Shown here: piece by piece, positions 1 through 13,650 of the stretch | Layout of the letters: every line of letters starts with the position of its first letter | Numbering within the stretch: the first letter of the stretch is position 1 | From: Mytilus trossulus | Taxonomy: Eukaryota | Assembly (NCBI RefSeq): GCF_036588685.1 | Contig: NC_086378.1 | Coordinates: 84,878,001 to 84,942,000 of the forward strand | Direction: 5' to 3' | DNA: 64,000 nt | The notes under the pieces: model-generated | Seen by the model: only the letters and a program-made list of their open reading frames with translations | What the model was told of the DNA's origin: nothing | Database searches by the model: none | Program-made: the position numbers and the translations under genes

Positions 1-2715
1 TTTACTGCTCACTGAACAATAGTCGTACTGTGAAAGACAAGGGGTAATTGTGAAGCCCTATTAATATTTGGATGTCGATACATAGAAACAACTTTGAATA
101 CTTATGTGCACCTTTTCAGTGTTACTCAGATTAACTGGGAGGTCATGATTTATACTTCTATACGAAAGAGATTAGAACAATGAATTTGTTGTTGATTCCA
201 TGAAATGTTAGATAACAACAATTACTTGGAAGATATCTAGTCTTCAATTATTGTTGATACTGTTGACTTTAAACAATCATAATAACTGGGGGTATAGTGT
301 TATATTTATATATATATAACGATTGATACCTTTAAATGCCAGAAATAAGCAACATTAGTTCATAGATTAAACTTTTAAATATTAGAAATTAACAAATTGT
401 AGGTCATCATTGATTCCTATGTATGATAGATGTAAGGCTTAGCATGCTCTTCAACTTTGTAATAGTTTAGTTTTATAACTATTTTAATGCGAGGCGTATT
501 AAATTATAGGAACGGACCCTTTGATTGTTATTAGAAGTTTTTAAATGGCAAAATTCGCACGGTGATTTGTGTTGTTATCATGGCAAGTTTGAAAGGATTT
601 TTCAAAACATGTAAAGTTAAATGTTAAGACTTTGAGGGTATTTTTTAAACAACAACACTACTTACAATCAACATTAGATGCTTCTATCAATAACTTGCTA
701 TTCAAAAATTGATTGAAATTGAACAATATTTTATAATACACATAAATCATCAATTTAATACGAACAAGCACAGCACATTACAGCAAAACAATTTATCAAA
801 AACAAATCATACATAGAGGGCACCATATGGTATTTTATAAAGGATAAGCTAATAAACATGGTCAAGACCACATCTATTTCGTAGTGCATGTCTTTTAGAA
901 CATAAATGAAAATTTTAAAAATCCGACCTGCAGTTTCTCAATAAAATGTTTCAGTGTGTTGTACTACATATTGGACAAATTACTGTAAACCAACTTATTT
1001 TCGTGAGCGATTTATTTTCGCGAGTTTCGCGAGTAGAAAAATAACGCAAATATGTAAACCTTGGATATTTCCTTATTTAACTTCATCAAGTTAATCAGAA
1101 AATCGCGAAATTAAATATCCGCGAAGTGGTCAAGAAAGGGTAAAACGCGAAATAAAGTAGCCGCAAAAATAAGTAACTATAGAAAACGTCATCGGCTCTA
1201 ACTCAAAATATGGACAAATTTATGTTTAGGGGGTCTTGAAATCATTTGACAGCTTCCAAAGTGCTTATTTTTCACCTTTTTTAGCTGGACCAAATAACTA
1301 CTTTCCTTTAAAATTCGGGACACAAATTTTTTTCAAAGTGTAATTTCATCCCCCTCCTTGCAATTTGAGGCATAAAACATGGAGAAATAAATTTAGAAAG
1401 GCTATACAAAAAATTAGTAAGTAACCCACTGTCAACACTAGGGACTATGTTCGTAGACAAAGAAAATCAATGGACGACAATTGTGGTCTAGGACCTAACA
1501 ACATAAGAAGTTTCTAATAAATTAACTCATAATAGATACCAGGACAAATATTTTGTACACCAGACGAGTGTTTCTTCTACAAAAAAAAATCATCAGTGGT
1601 GCGATTGTTTCTAGTGTAACAAGTTATCATATTTCCTTATGAATAATAAACACTTAAGTGCAACTTGATCAATGATGGGATCAAATTGTAAAGGTAGATG
1701 AAGAGAAATGGAAATTAATTTTTAAATTACTTTCAAAAGTCACAAAAAATACCAAACTGCAGTGGTTACAATATAGAATAAATCAGCATCTTTTAGGTAC
1801 AAATAATTTTTTGAATAAAATTAAGGTTACTGACAACCCAAATTGTACTTTTTGCCAAGAAGTAGAAATTATTGTACATTTATTTAGGAATTGTGAGATT
1901 GTTCAAACGTTCATTGATAAAATTGATTCATGTTTTTTTGTCAAATGGTTTAAGTGTTCCATTCACCATTAAAAATTTTCTATTTGGGGATATTACAAAA
2001 TCATTTAGGGGGAATGTTGCAAATTTAATTTATATGCAGATAAAACAATATATTTTCAACTGCAAATATTTTAAGAAAGCTTTAACACTGCAGGCTGTGC
2101 AAAGTAAAATAAAATCTTTATACAACACTGAAAAATTAATTGCTGTTTAAATAAAAGAGTTGATATTTATAACAAAAGTGGGAATGCTTTTGCCATCCTT
2201 CTCGATGAATGATCAGATATTTTGTTTTACATTATATATGTGTACATAAATTAGTAGAAATAGAATTGTCATATGATATATTGTCTCTTACATGAGAAAG
2301 AACTACATAATTCATCTCTGCAAATAAATAACCAACAACAAATAAAAAACTTTTAATTTCTTTGAAATTGAATATTTAGCTGTCAATTATATATATTCAA
2401 TTTTGTTTCTTTTTTGTTTCTTTTTTATTTATTTTTTAATTTGTTTTTTTTCCCTTTCTTTTCATAAATAATTTTGAATTCAAAATAATCTACGGACATA
2501 CTTAAAATATATATCTTATATATATTTATTTTTTATTACTTCAACTACTCACATTATATATTTTTCATAACCTGTGCAGTTGTTATATTAGATAATTTAG
2601 TTTGATTATCTTAATGGTAAACTTCTTTTTTTTATATTCCTGCTATGGTTTATAATATATTTTTTTCAAATATGGAAAATTGTATGTATACTATTAACAA
2701 AAACTAACAGCTGTA

Positions 2716-5205
2716 TATATGTTCCGGACCATATGAGTATTTGGACCATACGCGTATGGTCATGACCATATGGGTATATACTCATATGGTTTGACCGTAC
2801 GCGTATGGGCGGGGTAGTTACCACTCTGTTACATTTTACTTTTAATACCTCTAAACTCGTCATATAATATGACCGTTCATTAAAAAGAGGCTATCTTATA
2901 AGTAAATTTATTGATTTATAGTATGATGAACAGATTAGTTAATTTTATATATAACAATTAAAAGTTTCACATAGTTAATTTTACTTACTTGTCAAAACAA
3001 ATAATAAACACATTTTATACCGATGATATTACCGATTTGTTAAAGTTTACGAGTGAATGGCAACTTAAAAAAATAATTCAAAAAAAATCTTAATCAACTG
3101 TTACACAAGAAGTCGCTGGAAAGAAACATAGTTTACATAGTTGTCTTGTGAATATGGTGTTTTGCAATCATTTTATGATATTTGAGATCTAGAGCTCCTT
3201 AAAAACACCGTAGAAATATGAAAAGGATCATGCACAACCAAGACTTGAAAACGCCAAAAAAATATGAGACCATGTGAAAGTAAATATCACCCCAAGCCTA
3301 CATGCAAGAATGTAATTAGCGAGGAAAACTGTAGCATCAAAATTAATTTTTTACGAAGTATTTGAATTAAAAAAATAATACATTGTCATGTAACCATCAT
3401 TGTTTTTTTTAGATAAAGTTTATGAGTTATAGACAATTCACTTGGAAACCCAACATATACCATCACGACACTTACCAAAGAGGAAATCCTGGATAATCAT
3501 AGGTCTGTTCTTTGTTCCTTTGGTATTTCAACCAAAGATGAAGAACTGGATCTTCCATCACTGTATTGGATACCTAAACTACATAAGTGTCCTTACAAAC
3601 AACGGTATATTGCTGGGTCTTCCAAGTGCTCCACGAAACCCCTTTCTAAATTATTAACATCTATTTTATCAGCAATCAAAGACGGGCTTCAAAGTTATTG
3701 TGAAACTGCCTATTCTAGAGGTGGCGTGAATCAGATGTGGATACTTAAAAATTCCAAAGATCTTTTAGAGTACATACAATCTAACTCTCTTTCATCTTGT
3801 AACAGTATTAAAACATTTGACTTTTCTACTCTTTACACAAGTATTCCACATTCCAAACTAAAAGACAAATTAAAAGAGTTGGTATTACTTTGCTTCATAA
3901 AAAAGAATGGCCAAAGTAGATACAAGTATCTTGTCTTAGGGAGGGATAAATCCTACTTTGTAAAGAATCATTCTGATTCAAACAAAAAATTCTCTGAAAC
4001 CGATATTATCAAGATGCTTGATTTCTTGATTGACAACATATTTGTTACGTTCGGAGGACGTGTTTTTTCAACAGACTGTCGGCATCACAATGGGAACAAA
4101 CTGTGCCCCACTACTTGCTGACTTGTTTCTTTATTATTATGGGACTGACTTCATGCAGGAACTTCTTAGGAAGAAAGATAAGAAGTTAGCAATATCCTTT
4201 AACTCTACTTTCCGCTATATAGATGACGTTCTTTCACTAAACAATTCAAAATTTGGTGACTATGTGGATCGCATCTATCCCATCGAATTGGAGATAAAGG
4301 ATACTACAGATACAGTTAAGGCTGCTTCATATCTTGACTTACATCTAGAAATTGACAATGAGGGTCGGTTGAAGACAAAACTTTACGACAAAAGAGATGA
4401 TTTCAGTTTTCCAATTGTGAACTTTCCATTTCTAAGTAGCAACATTCCAGCAGCACCTGCATACGGGGTATATATCTCCCAATTGATACGATATTCCCGT
4501 GCTTGCATTTCCTATCATGATTTTCTCGATAGAGGGTTACTGCTTACAAGGAAGCTATTTAACCAAGAGTTCCAAATGGTGAAGTTGAAATCATCCCTTC
4601 GTAAATTTTACGGACGCCATCACGAGTTGGTTGACCGTTATGGAATAACCGTTTCACAAATGATATCGGATATGTTCCTTACGTCGTAACTACAATCCCC
4701 TTTCCTTTCATGAATTTGACCTACCGAATTTTACTTTTAACCGGATTTGTAATCACATAAGCAACACGACGGGTGCCGCATGTGGAGCAAGATCTGCTTA
4801 ACCTTCCGGAGCACCTGAGATCACCCCTAGTTTTTGGTGGGGTTCGTGTTGTGTATTCTTTAGTTTTCTATGTTGCGTCATGTGTACTATTGTTTTTCTG
4901 TTTGTCTTTTTTCATTTTTAGCCATGGCGTTGTCAGTTTGTTTTAGATTTACGAGTGTGACTGTCCTTTTGGTATCTTTCGTCCCTCTTTTATGTACTTT
5001 TTATCATGTAATTTAAAAAAATACTTATACGGTCCAAATACTCATATGGTCCGGCCCGTTAATAACCAAACGAGTATTATACTCATATGGTCCGACCATA
5101 CGCGTACGGTCGGACCATACGCGTATGGTCGGACCATATGAGTATTCGCATATGGTCATGACCATACGCGTATGGTCCAAATACTCATATGGTCCGGAAC
5201 ATATA
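2716..5205. mobile_element. Non-autonomous TIR element (MITE-like) with ~55-bp TIRs, interrupted by a Penelope-like RT fragment
   Basis: Left end TATGTTCCGGACCATATGAGTATTTGGACCATACGCGTATGGTCATGACCATATG is the reverse complement of ~5149-5203. TA-rich flanks; palindromic subterminal repeats CCATACGCGTATGG. Confidence 0.75.
3425..4990 (+). mobile_element. 5'-truncated Penelope-like (Naiad-type, family A) retroelement: RT plus 3' UTR, one frameshift
   Basis: Motifs LYWIPKLHK, TFDFSTLYT, MGTNCAP, YIDD, KLYDKRDDF, AYGVYISQLIRY. Frameshift in T-run at ~4062-4068; stop at 4689. No C-terminal GIY-YIG. Confidence 0.85.
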
Positions 5206-8062
5206 TATGTTATTTACTAATGTTAACGAGGCCGGGATAAGGTACCGGTACTTGATGTTTTCAAACTAACAAATGTACAGATTTCAATAAAATATGATAA
5301 ATTAAAAAAAAAGTGTAACTTGAGACCCAATTTAACGGTTAGGTACAAGACTTAAATCTACGACTGATAACATTGCAATGTTTTGTTTATATGACGCCTT
5401 TTCCTCATTTCTTATAAATCTGCACCAAAAATATAATTTTCAAATGTGCGACCTAGATATGACTAAGACAGATATTGAATATTATGGTAAATTCCAAATA
5501 GGGTTGAGATTAATTTAGATTAGCATGGATCAAGTGTTATACTGTTTACACTAATTTGCTCGACGTTGTAGTTTCTACGTACTTTAATAACTTTAAAATC
5601 ATTTTCTGCTTTTTGTATAAGCGATGAAATAGGTTAAGTTAAAGGTGCACATATCATACACTAACTTTGCATAGAGAGTGTGGTACTGGACAAGAACAAA
5701 CTTCTCTAAACATAGTCACATTTACAGGTAAAAACATTCAAACACATTCACTCATAAACCTGTATAAAAACAATTATCAGGTTTGATAAAGGACTAAGTT
5801 CACTTATGGCACAAAATGACCTGAAATATCAACTTTGCCATACAACACCAAAGAGGTCACAATAGGTTCGTAAATGGGTCTATTTTAAAAGCCTTAATGC
5901 TAAATAAATCAGTTCTTTACATAAAAGTACATGATATTCTCAAAAAAAGCCCATTTTGAACATTTGTCAAAACATGATGATTTTGTACAATTTGTATACC
6001 TCAAAAGTTAAAAACCCTTTGGCCGCCACCTACGATCCAAAATATTTTGTCACCAAAAGATTCCAATTTTGACATAGAATTTATCAATAAAACTTTTTGG
6101 ATTGTGGATGGCGGACAAATATAATTATTACAAAAAAGCAATAACAAAAATGGTAAAAATTTACTAAATTTACCCCAAAATACAAATCATGTTTATTTAA
6201 GGGGTCATAGCTTCAAAAAAAATTTCAGGAAGGTGCTAATTAAAGCATGTTTGTCTTAAATATAATCACAAGTATTTCTACGTGAAATTTGTAATTTTTG
6301 TGCCCGATTTAAAAAATATAAAAATATTAGGTCCAATTTCGTGAAACTTCTCCTTTATTCTCTTTATTTTTTATCTATCAACTACTCAATAAGGAAGTTG
6401 AAAAGGGAATTGAACCGACCTTGGCATTAGCAGAGATGGGTCTGATTACTTCCAATGTAATTGATTAAATTACAATTACTTTGTCATTTGTACGATTAAA
6501 TTAGATTAACGATTACATCATTCTGAAAGTATCTGATTAAATTAATGATGACATTGGCAAAGTACTCATGATTACATCTGATTACAATGAATTTAAAAAA
6601 AAACCAATGATGTGAATAAATCATAACGTTTAATATAATACCATAGTATTTTTGAAAAAGGATATTTTTTTATATATTATGAAATGATAACTTCAAGCTT
6701 CATCTATTTAATAAACCACAAAAGTTCACTACATATTAGATTATAATGACCCATTAAACTTGATTATCATTGATCTCTGAATTGTTTTGAATACAATTGA
6801 ATAATGGTTAATAAATAATTAAATATTTGTCTTCTGACCTCTTCCAGACTTTATATGTATTTCAAGGTTCAGTTTAAACAACATATTTGTCAAACTTTTA
6901 ATTTAATTTGTGCTACATGTAATTAGATAAATTTTAATTTCACATGTCTGATTTATTTGTTATCATATAATTGCCCTACAGCTATACTCAATTGAAAACT
7001 GCAATACTAGCAAACATTAATTAGTCTCCTACCTGTTAATTCAAAGGGAAAAATCAAAAAATTAACAAAAGAATATACATTGTAAATCAGGGTTTATAAA
7101 GAAAAGTATTAATTGATTGTAACAGTTATTATCATATACTTAGACTAAATAACATATGATTTTTACTGTATGATAATAGCATTAATCCACCATTTTCTAC
7201 ATTTGAAAATGCCTGTACCAAGTCAGGAATATGACAGTTCTTGTCCATTCGTTTTTGATGCGTTTTGTTTTTTGATTTTGCCATGTGATTATGGACTTTC
7301 CAAATTGATTTTCCTCTGAGTTCAGTATTTTTGTGATTTTACTTTTTAACGTAAATTCCATATTTTTCGAATTGGTGCTTATCGGGCTAATATGAAAAGT
7401 TTATCACATGCTTCAAGTGTTAGCACATGTCTTGCCGTAACGTTATCGCATGGCATTCCGGTGATACTCGGAAAATTCCGAAAAATACACCTCAATGCTA
7501 TGTTTTCACTGAAAAACCTGGGCTCACACCGAACAACAAGCTATAAAGGGCCCCAAAATTACTAGTGTAAAACCATTCAAACGGGAAAACCAACGGTCTA
7601 ATCTATATAAACAAAACGAGAAACGAGAAACACGTATATATTACATTAACAAACGACAACTACTGTAGATCAGATTCCTGACTTAGGACAGGTGCAAACA
7701 TTTGCAGCGGGATTAAACGTTTTAATGGATCCTGCATGCTTCTGTTTCAAGACAAAAATACGTGTTTACTTTTGTCATGACACTTTTTGTCAGTAAATTT
7801 AGAGGGTGTGTAATCATACACATTCACATGATATGTAATTTTGATTCTTTTTCATATTGCCAATGATTCCCATTTAATAATAAGTTTCGTGTCAGGATAT
7901 TTCTTTGATGAAAAGTGGTTAACATGTATCTAACATTATACATAAAAGGTGTAAAGCAAAATATTTAAGTGAAAGTATATGTTATTTTATTACAGAGGGA
8001 AACATTGAGTCATTAAAACAAAGTCCAAACTTGATAATGTAAACATTTTATTGTATTTATAG

Positions 8063-11000
8063 CACAAATCAACCATATACTTGAAGACTGGAAGGAAAAG
8101 GATCAAATGTATATAAACACCAATGGAGCTGACTATGCACTGAAATGTATGAAGGAGAAGAGTTGTGTAACTATAACTGCAAGTTCTGGTGTAGGGAAGA
8201 CAGCAACTCTCCGACATGTGGCATTACAGATGGCAGATGAGGGATACGATATTCTTTTGGTGAATGATCCAGGTGACATTGTCAAGTTTTACAATCCAAA
8301 GCAGAAAATATTGTTTGTGATAGATGATTTATGCGGTAACTATTCTTTCAACCAAATTGACATGAAAATTTGGGAACCTGTAATGGCACGTTTAAAGGAA
8401 ATTCTTCAAACACAAGTGGCAAAGATCATTGTCGCATGTCGATTGCAAGTGTTTTAGGATAAAAAGTTTGAAACTTTATCTTTATTTAAGTCATGTGTCT
8501 GTAACCTGTTATCAGAGACATTATGTTTGTAGAAGATTGAAAAAATATTAATTGCTGAGTTATATCTCAAAGCAAAAGCTCCTAAAGTTACTAAATATTA
8601 TGATGTATATGATTGTTTTCCACTGATTTGTAAACTGTACCATGACAAATCAGATATGGATATTACAAACTTTTTTCAAAATCCCTTTTCAGTTTACGAA
8701 GCAGATATTGAGAAGCTGTCAAAGAAAGGATGTAACGCAAAATATGGTGCTTTGGCTTTGTGTGTAATGTTTAACAACAACATAAAGGAAGAATTATTGA
8801 CAGACGATTTAGACAAAGAAACATTAGCTATCATTGAACACACATGTGAGGCATGTAGACTCGACAAAGGGACATCGAGACTTATCTTGAAAGATGAACT
8901 AGATGCATTAAAGCAAACATATATAAAGAAGGAACAAAATATTTATAAAAGTATACATGACAAAGTGTTTGACTTTCTAACTTTTTATTTCGGACAGAAA
9001 ATAATCCAGTGTTTAATTAAGTATGCACATAAGAGATTGATATGTGAAAGATTTCTTTTAGAACAACAAGAAGAATCTGACCAGTTCATAATAGTTGTGC
9101 CTCCTAAGTTCCATCAAATATACATGGAAAGGTTGGTTAACGACTGGTCAAAGGGGATAGTAAATGAAGTATTTTGTAATACGAATATGAACATTCCTAA
9201 ATTCAAGATAAGATTTTTACGGTTATTGAATAGATTGGACAAATGTAACCAAAGACGTTTAGCACATACCTGTGATTTCGAAAACCAAGATACTGCACTG
9301 TTGTTGTCTTGTTTTGATGGTGATATTCCTATGCTTAGATGGTGTTTTCAACACGAAGTTGATTGTAATGTATATAGAAATGATGAGACAACTCCTTTGG
9401 AGATAGCTGTTCAACAAGGACATACATAAATAGTAAGGATGTTGTTAGACAAAGGAGTAGATTACAATCAATGTAACAAAGATCGGTGGTCACCTATGAT
9501 GACTGCTTGTAGCAATGGTAATGCAGATATAGTCAATGTTTTGTTAAATAAGGGAGCCGATTACAATACATGTCACAATAATGGTTGGTCTCCTGTAATG
9601 ATGGCTTGTGAAAATGGGCATTCAGAAATATTAAAAATGTTTATAGACAAGAATGTTGATTATAATAAATGTAACAAAGATGGGTGGTCTCCTATGATGA
9701 CTGCTTGTAGCAATGGTAATGCAGATGTAGTAAATGTATTGTTAAACGCAGGAGCCGATTACAACAAATGTCACAATAACGGTTGGTCTTCTGTCATGAT
9801 GGCTTGTGTATATGGGCATTCAAAAATAGTAAAAATCTTTTTAGAAAACGGCGTTGATTTCGATAAACTTGACAGGAACAAGATTTCACCCTTAATGACT
9901 GCTTGTTACCATGGACACACAGATATTGTTAGGATGTTGTTAGTCGCAGAAGTGGAGTATGACGAGTTAAACAATTATAAGTGGTCACCTTTGTTGTCTG
10001 CTTGTACAAAAGGACATACAGAAATAGTTGGGATGTTGTTAGACAAAGGAGCAGTTTGCAAAAACTATTCACAGATTGGACAGTCAGCTATACAAATGGC
10101 AATAAGACATGGGCATACGGGTATATTGATAATGTTGTTAGACCAGGGAGCCATTTATGATAATTGGTCATCTTTGACGTATGCTTGTGCATATGGAAAT
10201 ATTAAGATAGTGATAAAGTTGTTAAACAAAGGAACAGAAATTGATGAATTTAATGATGATGGTCAATCACCTTTAACTGTAGCCTGTACATTTGGACGAA
10301 TAGATATAGTAAGGATATTGCTGGAAAGGGGAGCAAATTGTAATAGATGTAATAATGATGCATGTTCACCTTTAATGTATGCCTGTGCTAAAAGATACAA
10401 AGAAATTGTAAGGCTGTTGTTAGATAGTGGAGCAGATTGTAATATATGGAATAGAGATCTGTGGTCACCTTTAATGCTTGCATGTACAAATGGATTCACA
10501 GATATAGTAATGATGTTGTTAGATAAAGGGGCAGATTGTAATGATTGTTATAACTATTGGTGGTTACCTCTCATTACGTCCTGTTATCACCGATACAATG
10601 ATGTAGTAAGAAGGGTGTTGGATATTGGGGCAGATTATAATACATGTGATCAAGATGTAGTGTCACCTTTAATGCTTGCCTGTGATAACGGGTACACAGA
10701 TATAGTAAGGATGTTGTTAGATAGTGGAGCAGGTTGTAATAAATGTAACAACAAAGGGAGGTCACCTTTAATGTTTGCATGTGGTAGAGAAATCCCAGAA
10801 CTAATAAAGATGATGTTAGATTTTGGAGCAGATTATTATAAATGTAACAAAGATGAGAAGTCACCTTTAATGATTGCCTTTAATAATGAATGCACAGAGA
10901 TAGTAAGGATGTTATTAAAAGGGGGGCAGATTGTAATAAATGTGATAAAGATGGGTGGTCACCTTTAATGTTTGCATGTGGTAAAGGATGCACAGAAATA

Positions 11001-12623
11001 GTGCAAATATTGTTAGAAAGAGGAGCAGATTATAATAAATGGAATAGAGATGAGAAGTCACCTTTAATACTTACCTGTTTTAATGGATGCACAGAGATAG
11101 TAAAAATGTTATTAGATAAAGGGGCAGAATGTAATACATTGGATCAAGTTGGCTGGTCACCTCTTATATATGCCTCTTTTGAAGGATACACAGAGATAGT
11201 AAAGATGTTGTTATATAGTGGAGCAGATTGTGATAAATGTGATAAAGATGAGTGGTCACCTTTAATGTTTGCCTGCAGTAGAGAATTCACAGAAATAGTG
11301 ATGATGTTGTTAGAAAGAGGGGCAGATTGTAATAAATGTGATAAAGATGAGAAGTCAGCTTTAATATTTGCCTGTGGTAAAGGATACACGGAAATAGTTA
11401 GGATGCTGTTAGAAAGTGGAGCAGATTGTAATAAATGAGATCAAGTTGGATGGTCACCTCTAATCTTTGCAACTTTTAAAGGATACACAGAAATAGTAAC
11501 AATGCTTTTAGATAGAGGAGCAGATTGTAACAGATGTGATAAAGATGAGAAGCCACCTTTAATGTTTGCCTGTTCTAAAGAATACACAGAGATAGTAAAG
11601 ATTTTGTTAGACAGAGGAGCAGATCCTAATAAATGTGATAAAGATATGTGGTCACCTTTAATGCTTGCCTGTGGTAATAGATACATTGAAATAGTAAAGA
11701 TACTCCTAAACAGTGGGGCAGATTGTAATAAATGTGACAACAAAGGGTGGTCACCTTTAATTCTAGTCTGTGATAGAGGGTACACAGAAATAGTAGAGAT
11801 ATTATTAGATAAATTGGCAGATTATGATAAATGTGTTAAACAGATATGGTCACCTTTAATGCTTGCCTGTGGTAATGGATACAAAGAAATAGTCAGCATG
11901 TTGTTAGACAGTGGAGCAGGTTGTAATAAATGGGACATAGATATGTGGTCACCTTTAATGTTTGCCTGTAATAAAGGATACACAGAAATAGTAAGGATGT
12001 TGTTAGATAGAGGGACAGATTCTGATAAATGCGATAAAAAAGGGAAGTCACCTTTAATGATTGCCTGTTTTAACGGATGCACAGAGATTGTAAAGATATT
12101 ATTAGATAAGAGGGTAGATTGTAATACATTGGATCAAGTTGGATGGTCACCTCTAATCTTTGCCTCTTTAAAAGGATACACAGAGATTGTAAAGATGTTA
12201 TTAGATAGGGGCGCAGATTGTGATTCATGCGATGAGGATGAAAAGTCACCTTTAATGTTTGCCTGTTCTAAAGAATACACAGAGATAGTAAAAATTTTGT
12301 TAGAAAGAGGGGCTGATCCTGATAAATGTGATAAAGATATGTGGTCACCTTTAATGCCTGCTTGTGGTAATAGATACATTGAAATAGTGAGAATCCTGTT
12401 AGACAGTGGGGCAGATTGTAACAAATGCGACAAAGATGGGTGGTCATCTCTAATGTTTGCATGTGAAGAAGGAAGCACAGAAATTGTAAAAATGTTGTTG
12501 GATAGTGGAGCAGATTGTAATAAATGTGATCAAGATGGGTGGTCACCTTTAATGCGTGCATTTGGTAATAGATACACGGAAATAGTAAGGATGTTGATAG
12601 ATAAAGATTCAGATAATGGTTAA
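8063..12623 (+). pseudogene. Pseudogenised terminal exon of an nSTAND3-type NTPase + ankyrin-repeat gene (paralog of the gene at 22210-64000)
   Basis: Acceptor TTTATAG at 8061-8062, phase 1, equivalent to 62280. Walker A ASSGVGKT, Walker B LFVIDD, then ~33 ankyrin repeats. Lesions: TAG 8455, TAG 8530, TAA 9427, frameshift ~10920 (A/G run), TGA 11436. Confidence 0.85.
9280..12600 (+). repeat. 99-bp (33-aa) Cys-rich ankyrin repeat array, ~33 units
   Basis: Recurrent GADCNKCDKDxWSPLMxACxxGYTEIVxMLLD; 99-nt periodicity of TCACCTTTAATG. Confidence 0.9.
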
Positions 12624-13469
12624 ATGTGAAAGTACTTTTATTAGTGAGTATCATAATTCATGGTTTTATCAAAAGTTAAATGTTTGTTTTTAAAATTAGT
12701 AAATTTTTATTTTTTGAATGAAAATTAAGAAACCTTGCAAAACTTAGATTTTTGAAAATAATTATGCAATTTCTGTCGAGCATGCGATTTCTGTTGCAGA
12801 AAGCTCGAAATGGGGATAGTGACCTGGCGAAGGAGGCGTTAGTAAACTTCGGAAAAAACTTCAAATTTTAGGTTGAAGATTTGTGTATGGATGCCTTGTG
12901 CTGCGACGTTTTCATCTGCCTTATGTCCATTTTCATTGACTTCATTTTCATGGTTCAGTGACGTCTTTAAAAAGATTTGTTGTAAGGTTAATTACTTTCC
13001 AATTATGTTTAATAGGGTATTTTACTATATTTAGTAAGGCGTAATTTGCAAGGTCCTCGTGTACGTCAGAAAGTTATTAATTGACCTCATCTTCAGTTCA
13101 TGGATCAATTTTCAAGGTCGAGTTTTTATCCCCATTTATTCTTTTTAAAAGTTAATAAATCAATCTTTACTATATCATCTAATGGGTATTAAAATAAGGT
13201 ATTACCTAATTTTAAAACTTTATAGATTTGTTATTATAAGGTATACCCTCTCATATTTTCAACCATAAGGTTCCCCATTTACCTCAAGTTCTCCGAATGT
13301 ATCGTCAGCTTTGTAGTCAATATTTTGGTACTGACATTATTCATAGTGTAAAATCACAAAAAAATAAAATACAGAACTCCGAAGAAAATCTTTCTCAAAC
13401 GGTCTTTTTTATAGATTAAGAAATTTTATAGAAACGTTACAATTTTCACGTGTAAAAAGTTAGCTATAT

Positions 13470-13650
13470 TTAGATCTTTTGTTTTACTTAGGTTCTTTTA
13501 CTGATACAGGAACTAAGGTTCCTCTTCATCAGTCTCTATATCTAAATCCACTTCCGGTGATTGGTGATTTATAGTCTTCGTACATCATTGTTTGGTTCTT
13601 CCAGTATTTGTCTAGTCTATTCTTAAATGTATTTGTGTTTGGTGATGTTT
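13470..13650 (-). mobile_element. 3' fragment of a CR1/L2-group LINE
   Basis: Minus-strand translation SPNTNTFKNRLDKYWKNQ resembles the ORF2 C-terminus of CR1-group LINEs. Confidence 0.5.

Noticed and set aside
4705-4765. SECIS-like AUGA...AA in the family-A PLE 3' UTR (also ~16898)
   Set aside because: Spacing is too long, the 3' core reads UAAG rather than UGAN in these copies, helix II is poor, and the visible coding part has no Cys-position UGA.
1-8062. Upstream HEPN exons of the pseudogenised paralog
   Set aside because: I found no match to exons 1-3; they probably lie outside the window or have been lost.
11436-11438. TGA at the NK(C/W)D position of an ankyrin repeat as selenocysteine
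   Set aside because: The same exon has TAG and TAA stops and a frameshift, sister repeats have TGG or TGT here (one substitution away), and I noticed no SECIS downstream.
10263-12654. Antisense ORFs over the ankyrin array (also 62269-63795)
   Set aside because: Shadow frames of the repetitive plus-strand coding sequence.
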